NCBI GenBank assembly: GCA_937894115.1
Contig: CALBFP010000001.1
Coordinates: 14,245-78,244 of the forward strand
Length of the DNA stretch: 64,000 nucleotides
Source: an uncultured euryarchaeote
GTDB taxonomy: Archaea > Thermoplasmatota > Poseidoniia > Poseidoniales > Poseidoniaceae
Direction: 5' to 3'
Shown here: positions 59,256 to 64,000 of the stretch, piece by piece
Position numbering within the stretch: the first letter of the stretch is position 1
How the letters are laid out: every line of letters starts with the position of its first letter
The notes under the pieces: model-generated
The model's input: the letters and a program-made list of their open reading frames with translations, nothing else
What the model was told of the DNA's origin: nothing
Database searches by the model: none
Translations under genes and position numbers: made by a program

Positions 59256-61697
59256 ATGTGGGGGTGGACGCTTGTTCTGGCCGTCCTTGCTTGCATCGTC
59301 TTGATGATCTGCCCTAAATGGAGAGTTGAACGACCGGTCGTTTCCGTTCTACTCCACCTTATCCTTGCAGCACCTTTCGTTGCCCTCGCTTCAAGGTTCA
59401 TCACCAACGATACAACGATTCTGCACGTGGCCATGAACGGAGGCGAAGACCTTCCACTCAAGTATCGGTTTGCTGCAACATGGGCGGCTCGAGAAGGGCC
59501 GCTGTTGATGTGGGCTGCATGGATGGGTTTGGTCGCATGGTGGTTCGGACGACCTCTTGCGTCAGAATTGGACAAAACACATCAACTTCGTTTGAGGCTT
59601 ATGCATGGTTTCACGCTCCTCCTGCTCTTGATTTCGATGACACTCGACCCTTTTGCAAAAAACCAATACGGCTTTACAGGACCGGGGCTGAACGAATTGT
59701 TGCAAACGGATTTGATGGTCATTCATCCACCACTGATTTTTCTGGCCTATTCGCTCTGTATTGCTCTAGCAGCGACAAGTCTAGCCATCCTCCAATACGG
59801 CGATGATACCGATATTGACAAAAGAATGCTTCATCAAACTCGACCAGGACTGTTGATTGCAACCCTTGGTATTGGACTGGGCGGACTCTGGGCCTACACG
59901 GTTCTCGACTGGGGAGGTTATTGGGCATGGGACCCGGTAGAAACCGGATCGTTCCTTCCATGGTTGGCACTGGTCCTCATGGGCCACCTCAGAACGCGTC
60001 CAGGAAAAACATCCACCTTGATGTGGACTGGGCTTGGACTGGCAACTGGTGCTCTTGCACTGTTCGCTACTCTCGTGACACGAGCAGGGGGCGTTTGGGC
60101 TGCTTCCGTCCACACGTTCGTGGTCTCTGCAGAAGGTACGCCACCGACAGATGTTTTTGGTCGTATGATGATTTTGAAAGATCGCGTTGAAGGTGTTGAA
60201 ATCGTCTCCTATGTTCTGCTCATCTTGCTTCTCAGTGGTGTGTTCATTCGCGCAGCACAAGGGACCACAACGCGACCTTTTTCCAATCTGTTCCTTATCC
60301 CGATTCTAGGCGCTGTTATCTCAATTTTATTCGATTACAGGACCTATGAGCATGCTCCTTTACTCTTTTTCGTAGCGATGGTCTTTGCGCCAACGGCTGT
60401 AGACTGGCCCAATAACAAGGCGGAGAAGAACGACGCATTGTGGTCCTACAAAGGATTCCTTGGAACACCGTGGTTGGTTCTTGTTCCGATCGTTGCTTAC
60501 TTGTTAACGCAAGACCTGCTGTTCGTACTTCTCAACGCGTTGATGTTTGTAGCCCTCTACGCAGCCCCTGATGCTCGAAAGGCATGGGGGTGGGGCGCTG
60601 CTGGGACCATGATGAGTTTGGCATCAGCATGGTCTGGTTTGGTAGAATTGCACACAGCCGCTGTTATGGTTGGTTTTTACATTCTACCTTGGTTGGTCAT
60701 GACCGAAGAATTGGATTCGACCCAACCATGGTTGACCCGAAAACGTCTGATGCGAACGACACTTTGGGCGCCTGTGGTGCTTACAAGTTTGTACATCATT
60801 CTTACCTTGATGATCCTTGTTTCCAGCATCGATGCTGTTCAGTTTAACGCTCACGAGCTCTATGGAGCCCCGTTTGTAATGGCAATGGCTCTGGCTATGT
60901 TTGCCTACACGTCCCGTAAACAATCCCCTCAGCAAATCGTCTATGTCGTGTTCGTGGTTGCACTTGCTTCGGTTGTTTTGGCCATCTTTGTTCCGTCCGC
61001 ACTTGGCGGTGATGCGAACGAACCGATTTCAGAAATACTCACCCGAGGGACAATTGCATGGCTGGTTCTGCCATCGATTCTTGTTGCGCTCATTCCAGTG
61101 GGCGCCGAAATCGTAGGTCGTGTTCGGTCTTCGGGATTTAGCAAAGTGGCTCCAGCCGCCCACCTTGTTCACTTCGGATTGCTGCTGCTGCTGGTTGGGC
61201 ACGTGTTCACGACCGTGTTGGTGGACCGGGGAGATGCAACACATCGAATTACATTGGTACGCGACGAAATGGTCGAGGTCGATGGTTACGGTTATGTTTT
61301 CGAAGACATCGTTCTTGAGAGCGAGGACATCGAGGTAGGCGATGGCTATGTTGGAGCCATCATCAGTGTTTACGACGGTGAGCAAAAGATTGGGGAGGTC
61401 GAACCAGGGCTGATTCGTTTCGATGGTTCGCCCAATCCTCCGAGAAGTGAGGTCGATACGTTGGTTCGATATCATGGAGACATTGTGTTTATTTTCGATG
61501 GCTCACAAACAACAGGGCTTATGCAACAGGTTTCAGCAGACGGCGTTGATTCAGTCCAGCGTATGCGAGTCATCATTTACGACCTACCCGGTTCCCATCT
61601 CGTTTGGTTCGGATGGGGATTGATGATGCTGGGTATGGCTTGGCTCACCATCCTCGATGCAAAAAAGACTCCTCATCCGCGCAGTGAGGAAGAGTAG
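59256..61697 (+). CDS. ccmF: Cytochrome c-type biogenesis protein CcmF (heme lyase, system I)
   Basis: Trp-rich W-G-G-Y-W-A-W-D-P-V-E-T-G-S WWD motif, M-V-I-H-P-P-L-I-F-L-A-Y, about 15 TM, periplasmic C-terminal domain. Confidence 0.75.
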   Translation: MWGWTLVLAVLACIVLMICPKWRVERPVVSVLLHLILAAPFVALASRFITNDTTILHVAMNGGEDLPLKYRFAATWAAREGPLLMWAAWMGLVAWWFGRPLASELDKTHQLRLRLMHGFTLLLLLISMTLDPFAKNQYGFTGPGLNELLQTDLMVIHPPLIFLAYSLCIALAATSLAILQYGDDTDIDKRMLHQTRPGLLIATLGIGLGGLWAYTVLDWGGYWAWDPVETGSFLPWLALVLMGHLRTRPGKTSTLMWTGLGLATGALALFATLVTRAGGVWAASVHTFVVSAEGTPPTDVFGRMMILKDRVEGVEIVSYVLLILLLSGVFIRAAQGTTTRPFSNLFLIPILGAVISILFDYRTYEHAPLLFFVAMVFAPTAVDWPNNKAEKNDALWSYKGFLGTPWLVLVPIVAYLLTQDLLFVLLNALMFVALYAAPDARKAWGWGAAGTMMSLASAWSGLVELHTAAVMVGFYILPWLVMTEELDSTQPWLTRKRLMRTTLWAPVVLTSLYIILTLMILVSSIDAVQFNAHELYGAPFVMAMALAMFAYTSRKQSPQQIVYVVFVVALASVVLAIFVPSALGGDANEPISEILTRGTIAWLVLPSILVALIPVGAEIVGRVRSSGFSKVAPAAHLVHFGLLLLLVGHVFTTVLVDRGDATHRITLVRDEMVEVDGYGYVFEDIVLESEDIEVGDGYVGAIISVYDGEQKIGEVEPGLIRFDGSPNPPRSEVDTLVRYHGDIVFIFDGSQTTGLMQQVSADGVDSVQRMRVIIYDLPGSHLVWFGWGLMMLGMAWLTILDAKKTPHPRSEEE

Positions 61698-61758
61698 GAT
61701 TTCATCCAATTGACTTATCAACACCATCCGAGTCGCCAAAGCATTCAGGTGAACGAAC

Positions 61759-62454
61759 ATGGAAGAAGGCGACATTATTCACGTTGATTACGACCTTTAC
61801 AACGGCGAGACTGGGGATTTGATCGAAACCACTCGAGAAGCAACGGCTCAAGAGCACGAAATGCATGATGAGAACCGTACGTATCAACCGATGGTCTGCG
61901 TTGTCGGATCGGGTTCTCTTATTCCTGGATTTGAAGAAGCGCTTCTTGAGGCTGAAGTTGACAAAGATGTTGACCTTGAGCTCGCTCCTGCCGATGCATA
62001 CGGTGAGAAAGATGCAACACAAATTGAAACCATCAGCATTGACAAATTACGCCGTGCCGTTCGTGACCCGAATGCACTGTATCTGGGCGCTCCAGTTACC
62101 ATTGGCGGTCGACAAGGTTACCTCTCGTTCCTCGCTGCCGGCCGTGCACGTATCGATTACAACCATCCAATGGCTGGAAAGTCACTCAAATACAACTTCA
62201 AGATTGTCAAAGTCGTCGAAGGAAAGGAAGAGAAAGTTGCTGCGCTTCTTGAATCCAATACCGGTCACAGCGACTTTGGTGTCACGTTCGATGGGGACGA
62301 CCTCAACATCGTCATTCCTCAAACCATGTTGTTCGACACAAATGCAGCGATGATGAAATTCCGTTTGGTAACCGTTCTTCGTGAAGCTGTTGAATGCGCC
62401 AAAGTCTCCTTCATCGAAGAGCACGAGCCCCGTGTCATTGCTGAGGAAGAGTGA
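61759..62454 (+). CDS. FKBP-type peptidyl-prolyl cis-trans isomerase, long archaeal type with insert and C-terminal domain
   Basis: G-D-I-I-H-V-D-Y-D-L-Y...I-P-G-F-E-E-A-L-L-E-A-E-V-D-K-D-V-D-L-E-L-A-P-A-D-A-Y-G. Confidence 0.8.
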   Translation: MEEGDIIHVDYDLYNGETGDLIETTREATAQEHEMHDENRTYQPMVCVVGSGSLIPGFEEALLEAEVDKDVDLELAPADAYGEKDATQIETISIDKLRRAVRDPNALYLGAPVTIGGRQGYLSFLAAGRARIDYNHPMAGKSLKYNFKIVKVVEGKEEKVAALLESNTGHSDFGVTFDGDDLNIVIPQTMLFDTNAAMMKFRLVTVLREAVECAKVSFIEEHEPRVIAEEE

Positions 62455-62507
62455 AGCGAGAGGGAAGAGATATCTCCCAGACCCTTATCGCAACGTGAGG
62501 GCGAACC

Positions 62508-63890
62508 ATGACAACACTTGAGTCGATTGATGAAGTTCTCGCAAAACATCAGGCTGCGCTCCCTTCCTCCCAAATGTCAAAGGTCGAACTAACCCTTACA
62601 CGAATCTTGTTTATTGGTGTCATTGCGTTCACACTCGGTCTTGTTCTCATGCCTGAGACGGTATGGGACGACGGTCTGCGACCAATTATCTGGGAACCGG
62701 TTGAACAAGATGCTGGAGCCCAAGGAGATGCAGGTTACACCTACCAAAACACGGCGATCTACACCTTTGGCCTCCTCGCATCCGTTGTCGTGTTTCAGGC
62801 ATTGTTCCGAACGTTGGAATTGCCAGCGGATGACAAAATGATGATCGCTCTCATTGCCTGGGTTTGTCTTGCGCCTATCTTTCGCGTCCTCGAGGACGGA
62901 GATTTCTTTCCCTCATCCATCGATTGGCTGCTCATCTCGCCCATAATTCATCTCCATTTGGCCACATGGCTCATTGGCATTGGCCTCGTTTCTCATCTCA
63001 TTGGTAAAAGGTGGGACAGCGTTGATGGAGACGTTGGTGAATTAAACATCCGAATCCGACTCGTCCCCTTGTTGTGCATCGCTCTATTGTTCATGTGGGC
63101 CGTGCTGTACAGACCTGGATATGCAACCCACGATATGGGACGAATTTGGATTGTCATCGGATTGGTGCTCGGATTCACAACTCTGATTTTAGCCTTCCAT
63201 GCAACCCGAGACTGGCCGACCATCACTCGTGGACTTCTGGCATTCGCTGTTGGTGCGTGTTTTGTTGGATTGGGGCATTGGGCGCAACTCGCTGCAACGC
63301 CTTGGTTACAGGAGTCGGGAAGGCTTCCGAATGATGTCGTGCTCTGGCCAGCATTTGTTGTTCTGGGAATACCTGCAGCCATCTGTGTGATTCTCTACCG
63401 CATCGGTAAGGACGACGCCCGTCAACTCAAACTTACAGGATTTGAAGCGGGCGTTCTACCGGAGGGCGTATCGATCAAATCGTGGGAAGAGGAGGAGAAG
63501 GTTGTTGCCGATCACCCTATTGAACAACTCTCCAACAAGGCCCTGCTAGCAAGTCCGTTGGTGCTCGCCATGGTTTTCGGACAACTCTGCGACGGTTTCG
63601 CAACCATGGTCGGTATTGATTACTTCGGGTACTCGGAAAAACACCCTCTAAGCGACGCAGTCATCCAGTACGGAGGAGGAATCAGCGATAGCCTCGGTTG
63701 GGACGTTGAGGGAGCGTGGTTGTTTGCCATTGTCAAAGCCGTATTGGTGAGTATCATCGCCTTCATTTTTGTTGAAATGCGTGTTGAAAATCGTCAAAAG
63801 CATCTGCGGCTGCTGATTGTTTTGGCCGTTCTTATCGTTGGCCTGGCACCAGGTATTCGTGACATTGGGCGCCTGATGCTCGGTGTCTAG
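62508..63890 (+). CDS. Hypothetical polytopic membrane protein (possibly DUF63-like)
   Basis: 460 aa, at least 10 TM. C-terminal block G-F-A-T-M-V-G-I-D-Y-F-G-Y-S-E-K-H-P-L-S. The family call is weak. Confidence 0.45.
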   Translation: MTTLESIDEVLAKHQAALPSSQMSKVELTLTRILFIGVIAFTLGLVLMPETVWDDGLRPIIWEPVEQDAGAQGDAGYTYQNTAIYTFGLLASVVVFQALFRTLELPADDKMMIALIAWVCLAPIFRVLEDGDFFPSSIDWLLISPIIHLHLATWLIGIGLVSHLIGKRWDSVDGDVGELNIRIRLVPLLCIALLFMWAVLYRPGYATHDMGRIWIVIGLVLGFTTLILAFHATRDWPTITRGLLAFAVGACFVGLGHWAQLAATPWLQESGRLPNDVVLWPAFVVLGIPAAICVILYRIGKDDARQLKLTGFEAGVLPEGVSIKSWEEEEKVVADHPIEQLSNKALLASPLVLAMVFGQLCDGFATMVGIDYFGYSEKHPLSDAVIQYGGGISDSLGWDVEGAWLFAIVKAVLVSIIAFIFVEMRVENRQKHLRLLIVLAVLIVGLAPGIRDIGRLMLGV

Positions 63891-64000
63891 AGTCGCGATG
63901 CCTTCAAGGGTTGAAGTGAAGTGGTCGACACAGGTGGAAGCATATGGATCGACTACCAACACGAGTGAACAAAGCCGATCCCGATTATTCCGCCCGACGA

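Noticed and set aside
1-64000. Search for mobile elements, CRISPR arrays, integrases and rRNA
   Set aside because: No transposase or integrase motifs were seen. No repeat-spacer periodicity and no rRNA-like segments were seen. The only tandem repeats are intragenic, in the surface protein at 53617-56583.

Overview
This window reads as a gene-dense archaeal chromosomal segment of about 50% GC that encodes a noticeably acidic, Asp/Glu-rich proteome. Archaeal identity rests on an Alba chromatin protein, a thermosome, CDC48, deoxyhypusine synthase, NcsA/TtuA, geranylgeranyl reductase, separate pyrB and pyrI genes, and TATA-like elements upstream of several genes. By inference only, the source is probably a Thermoplasmatota or Marine-Group-II-like organism from a metagenome. 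I support about 51 protein genes and one tRNA-Gly(GCC) with an encoded CCA. I found no rRNA, CRISPR array, transposase or integrase.

Housekeeping content:
- A polyamine/hypusine operon of agmatinase, a pyruvoyl AdoMetDC-like enzyme and deoxyhypusine synthase.
- Two exopeptidases, an M14 carboxypeptidase and an M17 leucyl aminopeptidase.
- A chaperone island of an Hsp20-like protein, DnaK and a thermosome.
- HMG-CoA synthase, an SDR-type L-threonine dehydrogenase, CTP synthase, threonyl-tRNA synthetase and pyrBI.
- A type-B-like sdhCAB succinate dehydrogenase operon, an aldehyde dehydrogenase, a thiopurine-methyltransferase-like enzyme and CcmF.

The most unusual material:
1. A tightly coupled three-gene module: a small Roadblock/LC7 protein, a 1044-aa protein with a Roadblock-like domain and a roughly 300-residue coiled coil, and a 2-TM mini-protein. 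No GTPase sits nearby.
2. A DUF58-centred membrane triad that lacks its usual MoxR ATPase, sitting beside a PRC-barrel gene and CDC48.
3. Two paralogous polytopic membrane proteins with sphingomyelin-synthase/PAP2-like H-H-D motifs, one fused to a roughly 430-aa extracellular domain.
4. A 988-aa surface protein built of seven tandem repeats of about 120 aa that look like paired CBM5/12-type carbohydrate-binding modules.
5. A recurring C-terminal sorting-signal-like architecture (Pro-x-x, a TM helix, then a basic tail) on several secreted proteins.

All domain calls come from motifs I read in the translations. No database search was run.
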